A DNA stretch of 64,000 bases from Eledone cirrhosa (Eukaryota): the NCBI GenBank assembly GCA_964016885.1, contig OZ024747.1, positions 38,254,001 to 38,318,000 of the forward strand. Direction: 5' to 3'. Positions 38,148 to 51,893 of this stretch are shown here, piece after piece. The position numbers and the translations under genes were made by a program. Below the pieces are notes generated by a model. It made no database searches. It saw nothing but the letters and a program-made list of their open reading frames with translations, and was not told the DNA's origin. How positions within the stretch are numbered: the first letter of the stretch is position 1; the number at the start of each line of letters is the position of its first letter.

Positions 38148-39593
38148 TGTAATGCTATATAATAGGAACGCTTCACCGTTATAAGCAGGTGTAGAAATGT
38201 AAAATTGAGAAGAGTTTCTGGTACTATCTAGGAATTTCTTCATCCCCTGCTATGTGTGGTTTAGAGTGGAAAGCCCCGAAGAAACTGATTCGCCATATGC
38301 ATTTCAATGTCTTCAAATACTTACAAGCAAAAATATAATGACACTGAATTTAGTGAAGTAGATTAGATATGCTACACCACCGACTACTTGGTATTGTATA
38401 GTCCCGTAGCTTGTAGAAATATTCGAAAATTAAAGATGTACAAGAGGCATACTGGTTATGATGATTAGGAGTGATTACTATTGAAATACTCAATATTAAA
38501 ATGGAAATGCCACTGGAAATTGCATGAAGCTTTGAACATTCAGTTACCTTTAGCCAAAACAATGCTTTTGCCGCCCTGTCCGTGGGGCGCAGCGCCAACA
38601 CCACCGCGCCCTATGCCTAGAGTACATTACCCTCCCTTTGCCCCCTCCAATTCCTCTGTGACACTAGACCCTTGACGTTCCCTTCATTTTCCGTTTTTAA
38701 ATATCTGTAGTGTTGACACTATTTGAAATAGATTTGTTTACGATTTGTTTTTTTGATTTTTATTAATAAAACATATTTCATTAAAAAAACAATATAGTGT
38801 TTATGAAAAGAGGGTAGAGATTGCCAATAATAAAACAGTATTAACAGGTATTAATGGTTTAGAAGCAAGCATTGATGAATTCAGCATGTCTCACATAGAT
38901 GTAGGTCAAGGACATGTATGGATCTTTGTAGGAGCCATTTCACAGCACTTATGTTACTTTGCCGCATATTGTAGAAACGTACAATAGCTATTTCTAATCT
39001 TGTCGAATACTTCATCACTTTCACTCACTTCTACTCACTGAATTGTTTCATTCGTTCTATCATTACTGCCTTACTGTTATTATTTTCATTTGTTTCGTTC
39101 TTTTTCAAATTTATACTAAGGCCTATTCTTTGCTATTCTTTCTGAACAGCCATTCAGAAAGATTACCTCAAGGCTTATTCATTTCTCATACACATTCTAT
39201 CATATTGTCTTTTTATTACAGTTAGCATTGAATTCTTCTGTGCTGCTTGTCTTTTATTCAATGTACAATATCAGACAGATGAAAATAGCGTGATTGTGTT
39301 TGCTTATATCTTTGAATGTTGATTCCCAAGCAACATATATATTTTTCTTAAATTAACCAAATATCCTCTCATTTTAACTGGAAAGCATCGAGAATTGGAA
39401 AATTTAACATCGCAAAATGAGTGGGATTATAGTAAAGCGAAAATATGTGAAAGTATAGGATACCCAGGACATTTGAAATCAAACATTGTTTATCAAGGAA
39501 TTATTAGTGAAACAATTATATTATACAAATATAAACAATTCGGCATCAAATATACGTCAATTACACACACGCACACACACACATACATATATA

Positions 39594-39694
39594 TATAGGT
39601 TGTCCCCAATACATGTATACACACTTCAACAGCATTCTAATAAATATTGCCTGTACAGGTAATCAAAGAGTGTCTACATTTTTGGGACACCCTG
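39594..39694. mobile_element. MITE, same family as 26544-26643
   Basis: Near-identical internal sequence aacagcattctaataaatattgcctg; right TIR gggacaccctg-TA. Confidence 0.8.
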
Positions 39695-40073
39695 TATATA
39701 TATGTTTGTATGTATGTGTCTGTGTATGTGTGTGCATGTGTGTCTGCATATGTATTGTCTCTGTGTATCATGGTAATGTTTTGCAAAGTCTACCGGAATA
39801 GTAGGACGAAGGATAATTGATGTATTTTGAAAAAATCATTTTTGCAAATATGAACATACAATCTCTGACTTCATTACCACTCGCCGGTATAGTCTAATTA
39901 CTGTGTTGAAACGAACGACGAAATTCTTTCAGCCCATAACCATCTCACTGATCTGTTTTCATTTGTTTAGATTTCAAAGAGTCTGCTTCATAGCTTCATT
40001 TGTTTCATACTCTTTCGGTAATTATTCGCTGTTTCATGACCATAATTAAGAATGCTAGATACAATACAAATAT

Positions 40074-40350
40074 GTGGAGGGGCATGTCCTAGTGAGAAGG
40101 GTGTTGGACTGATGATCATAATGTCTTGGGTTCGTATCCCGGACTGGGTAGTGTGTTGTACTATTGGGAAAGACACTTAATTCCACGTTCTTCCAGTATA
40201 CGCGGCTCAAAATGAGTACCAGCAATAGGCGGGGACATAACTTTGCGATAGACTGGCGTGCTCTCAGGTATGTTTGTACTCTTAGTAGCTCATGCCACGA
40301 AAACTGGGATAATCAGCTACCCATGATGCCTGCGTGCTTGAGACAAGCTT
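40074..40350 (+). mobile_element. tRNA-derived SINE S2 (CORE-like)
   Basis: B-box ggttcgtatcc followed by gtgttgtactattgggaaagacactt (CORE-like). Confidence 0.7.
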
Positions 40351-40649
40351 TAGACATTAGTTTGAACATAATGTTAAAGATAGAAGGCTGAGATAGTGAG
40401 AAATTAAAGTACTTCAATGTGGTAAGGTCTCAGGGCAGTATGCCATTCGGCCAAAGATTTAAAACGCTTTTATAGAGAAGTTAAGCTTAGCTGTCTCGTA
40501 TGTACCAACTGGACAGGATCTGTCGAAAGTGTTCAAAGCAATGACAATTGGGAATGATCAGCCTAATTTTCAAATTAGATCTGTATAAATACAGAGTTGG
40601 GTAACAGAGACAGCACAAATGTGTGCATAAATATACATATCCGAAAATC

Positions 40650-40693
40650 GGCTTCTGATAAGGGCCCAACTAGGTTCGAAAATCGATTAAAGG
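40650..40693 (+). ncRNA. Degenerate hammerhead (G8A, C3-A8 mismatch)
   Basis: gctt CTGATAA gggcc..ggttc GAA aatcgatt A aagg; palindromic stem III. Confidence 0.5.
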
Positions 40694-42150
40694 TATTTAT
40701 CATTTTTACAATTTATTTATAGCGAAATTCGCATTTTGTAGCATTGTATACATGCCTACATGCCCACATATTAATATATGCGTATTTATAAACACATTGG
40801 TGCAGTCTCAGTTACCCACTCTTTAATTATACAGATATAACTTCATTATAAGTTTCAGCTGGTAGCGTTATTTTTAATAGGGCCTACATAGGGTTAACCG
40901 CCAATAGTTTCAAGCAGCGTCTTTACATGCATACCCATTCTTTTCGTTACCCTCTAAGAAGGAATATGACGTCACTTTCAGCTTATATTTGGAGTCTAAA
41001 AGACAACCACACCCAATATAAGTTACACTGGGAGATCCTAGCTAGTGCTAGATCGTATAACGGAAATAAAAGACCATGTAACCTCTGCGCTGCTGAGGCC
41101 CTGGAAATACTCTACGCCACAGACCACATCTTAAAAAAAGAATCTGAGGCAATTTCGGCTTGTAAACATAAATTGCACAAAACTTTCCTGTATTACAGCC
41201 CCACGTTATACCCTAACGGATAGGACGATCTATACGTGGATATTTTACGTCTTGATGTGGGAGCTAAGTATATGTTTTGTTTATATCTTTACTTATTTGC
41301 ATAGGTAAGTATATATTACCCGTATGTTTTGTGAAGGTACGTATACCTTCTCGTACGTATATTTTATTGTTATGGCGTATAATTTTATATATTCTGGTAT
41401 ATATGGTTTGGCTATGTGTATACGGGAGTTTTGCGTCTGTGTGAGTATGTAGGTTCGTAAGTTTGGTGGGTGTGTGTATATGTGTACTTCTTGTTTTAGT
41501 TGACTTACGTCTCCGAACATTCGTGTATTTATATGTAGGTATGCGTGTGCGCTTGTTAAATACGTATTTATTTACTTATATACGTTTATATAATTATTTA
41601 TTTATTTGTACACAAGCATACACACACACACATATTTATATGTGCGTGGTTTTGTATACCCATGGTAAGGTTTTGCGTATGCTTGTGTATGTACGTATCT
41701 GTTTGCGTGTATGTATTTATTTGTTTCTATTACTTCTGTATTGTATTTATTTACTTTGTTCTTAACTCTGTAGCGGAGATTCATTTGGTCTCCTAGTTAG
41801 AATTTTAGTCTACGATTTCTGCTATACCATTTACGTGGTTTTGTCTTTGCGTGCTATTGTTCTCCACGCTCCACATATGACTTATTATCTTCGTTTTTTC
41901 GTTCATTGCCAGAGAACGTCTCTATGCACCACCTAAGAGAACATTAGTCTACGACCTCTTTTATACCATAAACGTGGTTTTGTCTTTGCGCGTAATTGTT
42001 TTTCACCGCTCCTATTAATGACGTATTATTCGTTTTTTCCCGTTCTTTGCCAGCGAACGTTACCACGAACCAAAGTATCGTCTTCCTGTCTTCCTCCGGT
42101 TGCAACGTTTTTTGAAATATCCAGTTCTGCGTTTACAGATTGACTTTGTT

Positions 42151-42201
42151 AGTTTCAGAAGATCCCGTTAAGGGTGAAAGCAGCGATTCTTTGCTTAAAC
42201 T
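42151..42201 (+). ncRNA. Hammerhead-like motif (U4A variant); duplicated at 63401-63451 on the minus strand
   Basis: agttt CAGAAGA t ccc gttaa ggg t GAA agca..tgct T aaact. Confidence 0.55.
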
Positions 42202-42315
42202 TTAAACTGTTATTTTAATAAATATTTGCTCTACGGTTCTTATATATTTATATATTTGATATATATTCTCCTTATCAAGCCCTCTTTGGATTTTAGTCTT
42301 CAATTTTATTATTAT

Positions 42316-42453
<138 letters not shown>

Positions 42454-42479
42454 CTCTCTCTCTCTCTCTCTCTCTCTCC

Positions 42480-42544
<65 letters not shown>

Positions 42545-42889
42545 CGTGTGCGTGTGTGTGTGAGTCACAGGTTCAATCAGGGGGTAACCACAGTTAGTAA
42601 GGTGGTACTCAATACGTTAATAGAGAGTAGATATCAAGTTTATTATAGGAATGGCTTATATAGAGCTATAACTGTTTCATTTCTGATGATTTCTTTCGAA
42701 TGTAAAAGTTCTTGTCCCGTAGAAGCCATTTCTATATTAACCATGATATAATAATATTAATGAAATTATTGTGTACAGTTCTCAGGTGCACTACAACTCA
42801 ACAAAGGTGCATATATAGTACATAGAATAACAAAAAAATGTCAGGAAAATGAACAGTGTACGAGTCATGAAATACATGTGTGCGTGTGT

Positions 42890-43085
42890 ATGGAGGCGGG
42901 ACATCAGGTGTAGTGCTGGCGAATCTCAGGAAGCATGGAGGTTTTAAAGGATGCAGTGCTTCGACAGCTAACAACTGATGCAGGTAGTTTCTTCATTGCT
43001 TCAGCGAGAAAAAATGCTTCTAAAAGTCATGGGAGCTGTGCTGCTTTCTGACTTTGTAGGCATGCCCACGTGTGCCAATTCATGT
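42890..43085 (-). mobile_element. CR1/L2-group LINE ORF2 3'-end fragment
   Basis: Minus strand TRGHAYKVRK..KHFFSL..LPASVVS..TASFK, the typical CR1-group C-terminal motif. Confidence 0.7.
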
Positions 43086-43157
43086 CATTCTATTGACATG
43101 GCTTTAAAGAGGCTGTTTGCATAATTGTAAACGAATGGACAGATTACACACACACAC

Positions 43158-43299
<142 letters not shown>

Positions 43300-43512
43300 C
43301 GTTTCTGAATTTGTTTAGCAAGATTCTTTATCTGAAATCGTGTGTTGAAACCGATATTGTTATACTTTGGGAGGGTCATGTTGCCAATAAGAAACACACG
43401 CACCAGTTGCTTTCACTTCAATTTAATTTATTAAATATTTATAAATTTACAAATTTATAAATTTCTGGTTGGTTGGTTGGTTCCACAACCAGATATTTGT
43501 TTATATATATAT

Positions 43513-43557
43513 AGTCATAGTTCTTTCGTCACACACTCTGTGACCTCTTCAGTGACT
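43513..43557 (-). ncRNA. Type-I hammerhead ribozyme
   Basis: Reverse complement of 44012-44056. Confidence 0.85.
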
Positions 43558-44011
43558 GGGGATTTCTTTCTTCGTTTCTGTGCCTTTCCTTTCTTCTATC
43601 CTACGCCATTTTGAAAGACGCAATGTTTAGGCAAATTACAGAGGCAGTAAGCATAAAAGAATTAAAACCAAAATTAAATAGAAAATATGAGTGGAACAGC
43701 AACATCACAACTTACAATTAAGGACAAAATGAAAACACACACACACATCGAACAAACAACTTACAATTGAAAACACACACAAAATGAAAACACACACACA
43801 CATAGAACAAACAACCAACCAACAATAAATAAATAAATAAACAAACAAATAAAAAAAAAAAAAATATAAATAGAAAAATAGAAAAATGAACACAAACACA
43901 CACAGACACCCGGATGTGGCGCATGCGCAAACTGAGCACGCAACCCACACACAAACAAAATGGCGTAGGATAGAAGAAAGGAAAGGCACAGAAACGAAGA
44001 AAGAAATCCCC

Positions 44012-44056
44012 AGTCACTGAAGAGGTCACAGAGTGTGTGACGAAAGAACTATGACT
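44012..44056 (+). ncRNA. Type-I hammerhead ribozyme
   Basis: agtca CTGAAGA g gtcaca gagtg tgtgac GAAA gaac TA tgact; perfect stem I and stem II. Confidence 0.85.
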
Positions 44057-44207
44057 ATATATATATAAACAACTATCTGGTTGTGGAACCAACCAACCAA
44101 CCAGAAATTTATAAATTTGTAAATTTATAAATATTTAATAAATTAAATTGAAGTGAAAGCAACTGGTGCGTGTGTTTCTTATTGGCAACATGACCCTCCC
44201 AAAGTAT

Positions 44208-44250
<43 letters not shown>

Positions 44251-46649
44251 ATAACAAGTTACGTCATAGGTAATCCAGTTAGAGGTGATAGGTACTCTGC
44301 GTCGTGGATAGTTTTAACGTACAGCTTTGTTTGACACAACAAGATGCTTCCATAGTTATGTAGCGAGTTAGCGGTAATTCCTATGCAGGTTATACTTGGA
44401 GTAATAATAATGAAAGAATGAAGAGTAACATGGTTCACTGTACAATAAGGGGCTTTATTTCAACTACTGACAATTGTTTCGTTGATCAGGTGAATCTAGA
44501 GGTCGCTAATCGCTTGAAGTTGCGTCACTCGATCTCCAATACATTAATTTCCTCTGCTCAACAATTCAGATTACGTACATATAAAAGTAATTCTCTCGAG
44601 GCAAGATATATATATAAAAATAGCGTATAATCAAAACAATAACATCAATAATAAAACAGATATGGTAAATAGGTATAGAAGTTACAGATATAAAAAGTAA
44701 AAAAGTAAAATATAAGATAGGTTACATTAAACAAGTAAGAAAATGAGAAAATGTAAAATATAAAGAAAGAAATAAGGATAAGTGAGAGCATGGAAGTACA
44801 GAGTATGTTTGTAGTAGTGCTGAGTAAGTGTTCTTATAAGGATTCCTTGGTGGGTTTAGTGCTAACATGAAAAACCAGATTCGAGATATACAAAGATACG
44901 TGTAAATGGCCTGATGTAGTGACAGATAAAAGAAAAAAGAACAAGCAATAAATTAAAGATTAATTGGGGGATACACGTATGAGATTTTCGGGCTCGGGGT
45001 GAAGGCATGTTTGAAAAATGTTTGTTGTAAATGTTTTGCTGATTGTTCTATCTTAATGGGGTTGATGCTGTTTCAGGGAGAGAGGGTGAAAGAGATGTTC
45101 AGAGATTTATAATCCAGTGACCAGTTGGCCGTTTCATAGCTAATAGCAGTGTGATGGTGTGTATTCTATATGCTGAACCGAACACTAATATAAGGACCTC
45201 CAAAAACTATAGAAGGTGCAGAGATAGAAAGTACTTATGGTTCAATCCAATATTCAACTCTTCTATAAAAACAAAACTACCTTCTACATTCTTTAAACTA
45301 ATAGATAAGCACTTCCCTGCACTACACAAATACCATAAAATCTTCAATAGAAAAACTCTAAAACTTTCCTACTCTACTGCAGCCAACATAGAATAACATA
45401 TACGTAAAATCAACCACAAACATATCTGTAAATAAATTAACCTACCAACATACACCATAGCACCAAATACAAAACGCAAATATAACAACATCACAACCAC
45501 AAACGCATCAGAACGCATCACAACAAAACACAAATAGGCCTAAATTGCAACCCATCCCAAATTACAAAACCGCAACGGTGAACCTGCACATAGAAAAAAC
45601 CTCAAATTGTAATTGCCACTTACCGGATAAGTGCCCATACAGAATTGATGCCTGGATTCGAGTATGGTATACCTGTGTACTGTATATTCAGGCAACTCTA
45701 CATGGCACTACATAGGTTCCACGGCTGGGGAGATCAAGATAAGGTGGTACGTCCACAGGCACTCCATGAAGAACCGTAGACTGGAGAACTCTACGACACT
45801 CGCCAATAAAATCTGGCAGCTTAAAAATAAAAAAACCTAGAATATAAGATTAGCTGGTCAAAACTATCGGTAGCAAGGGCCTACAGCAACGAAATGTAGA
45901 ACTAATCGATATTTTAAGGTACGATGGGATGCTGCTTAACAGCAAAATAGAAAGATCAATTTTCTCTAGGCATGAAATAGCTACCAGATTCACAAACTTC
46001 AAACCACCATGATTTGAACCAGCAATCCCAAAATTAGAACTGAACCAGCTAGATTTTAGCATATAGAATACACACCATCGCATTACTATTAGCTGTCAAA
46101 CGGCCAACTGATCATAAATCTCTGAACATCTCTTTCACCCTCTCTCCCTGAAACAGCATCAACCCCATTAAGATAGAACAATCAGCAAAACATTTACAAC
46201 AAACGGTTATCAAACGTCCCTTCTCTCCTAGCCCGTAATTCTCATACATGTATCCTCCAATTAATCTCTAATTTATTGCTTGTTCTTTTTTCTTTTATCT
46301 CTCACTACATCAGACCCTCTACACGTATCTATGTATATCTCGAATCTGGTTTTTTCATGTTAACACTAAACCCACCAAGGAATCCTTATAAGAACACTTA
46401 CTCAGCACTACTACAAACATACTCTGTACTTCTATGCTCTCACTTATCCTTATTTATTTCTTTATATTTTCCCTTTTCTCATTTTCTTACTTTCTTAATG
46501 TATCCTATCTTATCTTTTAATTTTTACTTTTTACATCTGTAACTTCTCTACCTATTTACCATATCTGTTTTATTATTGATGTTATTCTTTTGATTATACG
46601 GTATTCTTCTATATATGTCTTGCCTCGAGTGAATTACTTTTATATCTAC

Positions 46650-46959
46650 GTACTCTGATGTGTTGACCAGAGGTAAATAATTGTTTCTACATTTGGCACA
46701 AGGCCAGCAATTACCCAGTGCATTACTGGTACTTTATTTTATCGACCCCGAAAGGATGAAAGGCAAAGTTAACCTCGGCGGGATTTGAACTCAGAATGGC
46801 AAGGACCGTAACTCTATGCGTCAAAGCATGGCGTCCGACCCTCTACCGATACTGTCAATCCACCGCCCTAGGTAAATAATGTATTGGAGATCGAGTGACG
46901 CAACTTCAAGCGATTAGCGATCTCTAGACTCACCTGATCAACGAAACAATTGTCAGTAC
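46650..46959 (+). ncRNA. Extended-stem-II hammerhead motif interrupted by a SINE
   Basis: gtact CTGATGT gttgaccag..ctgatcaac GAA acaattgt C agtac. Homologues at 44463-44575(-), 55590-55700(+) and 62166-62276(+). Confidence 0.6.
46682..46868 (-). mobile_element. Full-length SINE S1
   Basis: TSD aggtaaataat at 46671-46681 and 46870-46880; absent from the opposite pLTR arm. Confidence 0.93.
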
Positions 46960-47034
46960 TTGAAATAAAGCCCCTTGTTGTACAGCCAACCATGTTACTC
47001 TTCATTCTTTCACTATATATATATATATATATGT

Positions 47035-49060
47035 CCTCACCAGAGTGAAATCAATCAGGTGCATATCAGAGATATAGGTCCACATATTCCCCGGATTTTT
47101 TCTAAACCTTAGATTTGTTGCAATCAATTTCGCCTTCAGCAGCGTGTCTCTCAGTAGTCTACTATTTGGGTTGGTGTTCTTAACACAGGACCATACAACT
47201 ATTTCAGTACACTGGGCAGTGACCAGCGGCTTGTTATGTGTGAGACCCTAGTGCCGAGGAGAGAGAAGAAGTCCGTCGGCTCTGCAGACCCAAAAATGTG
47301 TGCAGCCAGAGGATACCTGAAAGTTACCAAGGACCAATTCTATGCTGATTCTACTAAGGAGAGGAAGGAGAATATGGAGGTGATGAAGGAAGAACTCTGT
47401 ATCGGTTACACGGAGGCAAGAGAGGAGGCGCTGATAGAGAAGATCAGAAGTGTGGAGAGAGCGGTTGACAGGGCTGGGTGTAAGGAAAGCTGGATGATCA
47501 TCAACGAGATCACCGGGAGGAAGAGAAGGGGTTCGAATCAGATCCAGGAACCGGGCCCGAGGATAGGAAGAGGAAACGGCTGGACCATTGTATGACCCTA
47601 CTAGAAGAGCCGCGCTCCACAGCCCAGAAAACTGGGGAGATCAGGCGGCTGTTTGAAGAACTGGATATCGAGACAGGACCCTTCGCCGGAGAGGAGCTTC
47701 AGAGAGCCATGAAGAAGATCAAGGAGGGCAAGACTCTTGGAGAAGATGGAGTGGCATCAGAGATGATGAAGAGGTGTGATTTTGATGATATCATCACGGG
47801 GTTCTGTAACCATGCACTGGAGAAAGGAGTTACCCGAATCAGTGGAGGGTCAGTAACTTCGTCCCAGGACCAAAGAAGGGAACTTTCACTAACACCAACA
47901 ACAGGGCGATCTCACTGACGTCACTTGTGGGAAAGACCCTCAACAGGATGATTCTTAACAGGGTCTAGCCCGAGATGGAGAAGAAGCTCAGGGACAACCA
48001 GAACGGCTTCAGAGAGCGAAGATCAACCAACAGTCACATCCTGATGCTGAGGAGGATATTAGAGGGAGCGAGAGCAAAGAGCCTTCCTGGTGTCAAGGTT
48101 TTCATTGACTTTAGGTAGGCCTTTGATTCTGTGGACCGTCACTGCCTGTTGAAGATCATACAGGCTTATGGAATCCCCAAGAAGATAGTGGACCTGCTCT
48201 ACACCAACACCAAAGCCCTAGTCATACACCTAATGGAATGACGGAGTTCATTGAGATACTGGCTGGAGGGCTCCGAGGAGATACTTTGGCTCCTTAACTT
48301 TTTATCATCACAGAGGACTATTGTATGCGCCTTGCACTGGAGAAACACCAGGACTCTGGCTTTACTGTAGTACTGGCTCAGATCAGGGGAGTTAAGGCTA
48401 AAAAGATATCAGATGCTGAATTTGCTGACGACATAGTTCTGGTGAAAGAGGCAGAGGCGTTGATGCTGTGGTGGAGGCTGTGTGATGAGTGTGGGTCTGA
48501 GAATGAATGAGATTAAGATGAAGTACGTGGTAGAGAACATTAAGAAGCCATAGAAGATTATGAATGCAGGCGGAAAGCCGCTAGAATTGGTTGAGGACTT
48601 CCTATATCTGTAAGTAAAGATTGGAAACACAGACGGTGATGTGCTTGAGAGGAAGAGCAAAGCCTGGGTGGCGTGCCACAGTTTGAGATCGGTGTGGAAG
48701 ATGGAACTTCGTAAAGACCTAAAGATCCACCTCTTCGTTGCTGTAGTGGAGTCCGTGCTGCTGTACGGGTCTGGGACTTGGACACTGACCAAGAAACTCA
48801 CTCAGATGGTGGATGGGTGCTACATGAGAAGGCTGAGGATGACTCTGAACATTAATCAGTATACACTGACGATGAAAAACTCAGAGCTGTACGGGAGCCG
48901 CCCAAAAGTCACCTCAAAAGCGACACAGAGGAGACTGAGGTTAGCTAGACATGCTGACCGACATCCAGAGTTGACATTGCACTCAGTGTTCCCGTGGGAT
49001 CCCCTGCACATCAATAAAGATGAGGAGGGTACATTTGCTATAGGAGATATCTGTTAAGAT
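47035..49060 (+). pseudogene. RTE-clade LINE RT pseudogene, 5'-truncated
   Basis: DNQNGFR..RST, FIDF..AFDSV, GDTLAP, EFADDIVL, VESVLLYGSGTWTL, RRLRLARH. Confidence 0.9.
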
Positions 49061-49869
49061 AAAAGAGGGAAAATAATTGAAAAGCGGTGTGAGGAGACCC
49101 GGAAATTCAATCATATCCCACAGCTTTTCCACTATACTTTCTGGAGTAAACAAAAACATTCCTGACATTGGTGCGGTGCATCACTATGGTGTGCTACCAA
49201 CAATGATTTGGAACGTCGTTGTCAACAGCCCATAACGACAATGAAATACAAAGGGTAGTCGTGTCATTAATATTTCCAGTACTAATATATTATTAGTACT
49301 ACGCAAACATTGCATGATCAGGTATGCCAATGCCATTACGTTATGCCATAAGTTGTTTTTCTAAGGGATGTTTCATTATACAAATTGAATGGAGGCACAA
49401 AGCATAAAGTAAATATATTACTAAAATATCTCAGCCTCTAATACAATGTCGATATCAAAGTTAATACAAATTACAAATCTCAACGGAGGCAACATTCTAT
49501 CAAAACCCTAGAAGCGGTGAGCAGCAAGAATAAGCATTTGAATGTCATTTGTTTTAAGTATAGTTGAAATTTGTAATAAATGCATCATAGTTGTATAACG
49601 TCAAAGTTCCGTATTAAATCACAAATTACATTATATCCATTAAATTAAAGTACTATGAGGAAAAGTAAATTTTCCCCTGTATATAAAAATATACAACACT
49701 ACTGAAGCCAAACAATTGGTTGCGTGGGCAATCGTTTAACATTATCGCCGAAAATCTAATTTGAAAGCTTAATGTAAACCGAATCGAGTGTTACCCAAAT
49801 CCAAAGAGAGTTTTGATAACTAATGGACTTTTAGAACAAGCTTCTTTCTTCAATTATAGCGGACATAAT

Positions 49870-50024
49870 TGTTTCTACGTTAGGCACAAGGCCAGCAATT
49901 ACCCAGTGCATTACTTGTACTTCATTTTATCGACCCCGTAAGGATGAAACTCAGAATGTCAAGTGCCGTAACTCTATACGTCAAAGCATGGCGTCCGGCC
50001 CTCTACCAATACTGCCAATCCACC
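49870..50024 (-). mobile_element. SINE S1 with internal deletion
   Basis: TSD gcggacataat at 49859-49869 and 50025-50035. Confidence 0.9.
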
Positions 50025-50154
50025 GCGGACATAATGCTACAGAGGCAGATTATCATTGAAAAGTAAGGACAACAACAAATTACAGTCAAAGCGAAGAGTG
50101 CAGTACAAAGTGTTAGTATTGAGTTCACGCTTGAGAGTGTGTGTGTGTGGGGGG

Positions 50155-50190
50155 GTGACGTTTCGGGAATAAGCCCTTCATCAGAAGAAA
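50155..50190 (-). ncRNA. Minimal hammerhead core, stem I decayed; next to a GT-rich low-complexity tract (50290-50880)
   Basis: Minus strand CTGATGA a ggg cttatt ccc GAAAC GTC. Confidence 0.55.
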
Positions 50191-51752
50191 TGTGGGCAGG
50201 AAAAGAGTTCCGAGGCTGTGAGGGGGAGTGGTGGAAAGACACTAACAGGGGGGGGGGGTGAATTGGGGAGGACAAACATTAAAAAGAGGGTAAACAAATT
50301 AAAATGAAACAACTGGTGAAAGGATGTTAGGCGTGTGTGGGAGGAGATAGTAGAGGGCACAGGGTGACAGGGGGTCCAAGCGGGGAGGGTAGAAGGTGGT
50401 GTGTGGGGGGTTGGTGTATATATTAGTGGAGGTGTTAGTGGGATGTGTGGGTGTGGGGTGTTGGTAGTGCGGGGAGAGAGAGAGAGAAGATGTTGGGGAC
50501 AGTATCAGTGAGTTCAATGTACTGGTGTGTGTGCGTGTTTGGGCATGAGTGTGTGTGTGGTAGAGTGGGTGTTAATATTATTGAGGGGGGATGCGGGTGT
50601 GTGAGTGGGGGTTAGTGGTGGTAGTGTGGGTGTGGAGCGGGTGGTGTATCGGTCTGTACGTGGGTGTGGGTGAGTGTATGTATGCTGGTGTGTGTTTGTG
50701 TATGTGTGGTGGGGGAATGTGGGTTGGGGATGTTTAGTGTTATTAGTGGTAGGGTGGTCGGATGTGGATGTGTGGGTGGGGGTTAGTGGTGGTAGTAGGG
50801 TGTGTGAATAGTGTGAGTGAGTGTATCTATGTACTGGTTGGTGTGTGCGTGTTGAGTGTGTGAGTGCGCGTGTGATAGGGGGACGGTAGATGTTAGTAAT
50901 AATTGATTGACAGATATACGTATCTAAAATAAACGCATGAAACAATCACAGGGGATAATTTTCAAAGTGTGTAAGCACACACAGCTAGGTAGGTAACTAA
51001 TTAAAGTTTGACTAGAACTTCAAATATAGATATCTTTTAAAATGATTAATCTTCCTTGTATATATTTCATTAAAGAAATATATTTCACCATTAATAAGTA
51101 AATCACAGTAGTCAAATTCCGTATTTTCAACAAGGGCAAAGATATAACTATCTGTGTTTACACAGCAAATGCAAATATGCGAATGACCCGTAGCACGTGT
51201 TGCATTTTTTTAAATACACACATCGTACCAGCGGAAGATTAATAATTTTAAAAGGTATCTATAATTGAGGTTCTAGTTAAACTTTCATTCGTTACCTAGC
51301 TATCTGTGTGTGCTTACACACTTCACAAATTATTCCCTGTCAACGTTTTATATGTTTATTTTAGATATATATATGTCAATCAATTTCTAGTTGATATAAA
51401 ATGCTCGGATCTATTCATTGGAATCTTTGAGCATATTCTACAGTGGATATGGTGCATGTCTCTCGGGGATGACACCCTTCATTTAGTTTTGTATATATAT
51501 ATATATATATATATATAAATGAAAATATAGAAATCAATGTGAGCAAGAAGCCAACAGTATTTCATAATATATAAGTGACTATAACGTCAAAATGGAAAAA
51601 AATTAACGTAAGATGTGGTAAAATAATTCAAAGTCAATTAAAAAAAAATTAAGACAGAGATTTTATCCACAGATTTTGTGAAATCCAGGGAAAAAGCCAA
51701 TAGAGTCTTAACTTTAAATACTTATCCTTCAATTTGGAAAAGCTACAAATGG

Positions 51753-51830
51753 TGTATATAGTCTTAAAAAGACTATTTCACGAAACCTTTCAGTGGGATT
51801 AGTCACGGTTGGAATCGTTCGTCAGTAGAG
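51753..51830 (-). ncRNA. Type-I hammerhead with long stem II and 7-bp stem III
   Basis: Minus strand: ta CTGACGA acga..aacc gtg..cac..ggtt tcgt GAA atagtct tttta agactat A ta. Confidence 0.65.
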
Positions 51831-51862
51831 CTCAAACACGATAACCCTAAATACCACTGTCA

Positions 51863-51893
<31 letters not shown>

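Larger units (their letters stand above)
40530..42315 (+). mobile_element. Degenerate Naiad-like PLE: GIY-YIG C-terminal fragment, internal ~140-bp tandem duplication, two HHR-like motifs
   Basis: YIGLTANSFKQR..H.HSF..TSLSAYIWSLK..PCNLC..ISACKH (40885-41223). HHR-like motifs at 40650-40693 and 42151-42201. Confidence 0.75.
44249..47012 (+). mobile_element. Naiad-like PLE with ~740-bp inverted pLTRs around an RT thumb/GIY-YIG remnant
   Basis: 44409-45150 is the reverse complement of 46077-47012 (excluding the SINE). Centre has WFNPIF..LIDKHFP..KIFNRKTLKLSYS, CNCx5CP and MVYLC..YIGST..RW..H.HS. Confidence 0.88.

Noticed and set aside
41805-42065. ATGA-containing tandem repeat as a possible SECIS
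   Set aside because: No AA loop at the proper spacing and no in-frame UGA at Cys positions.
50590-50800. ggggttag motifs as telomeric repeats
   Set aside because: Only two isolated occurrences within a GT-rich low-complexity tract.
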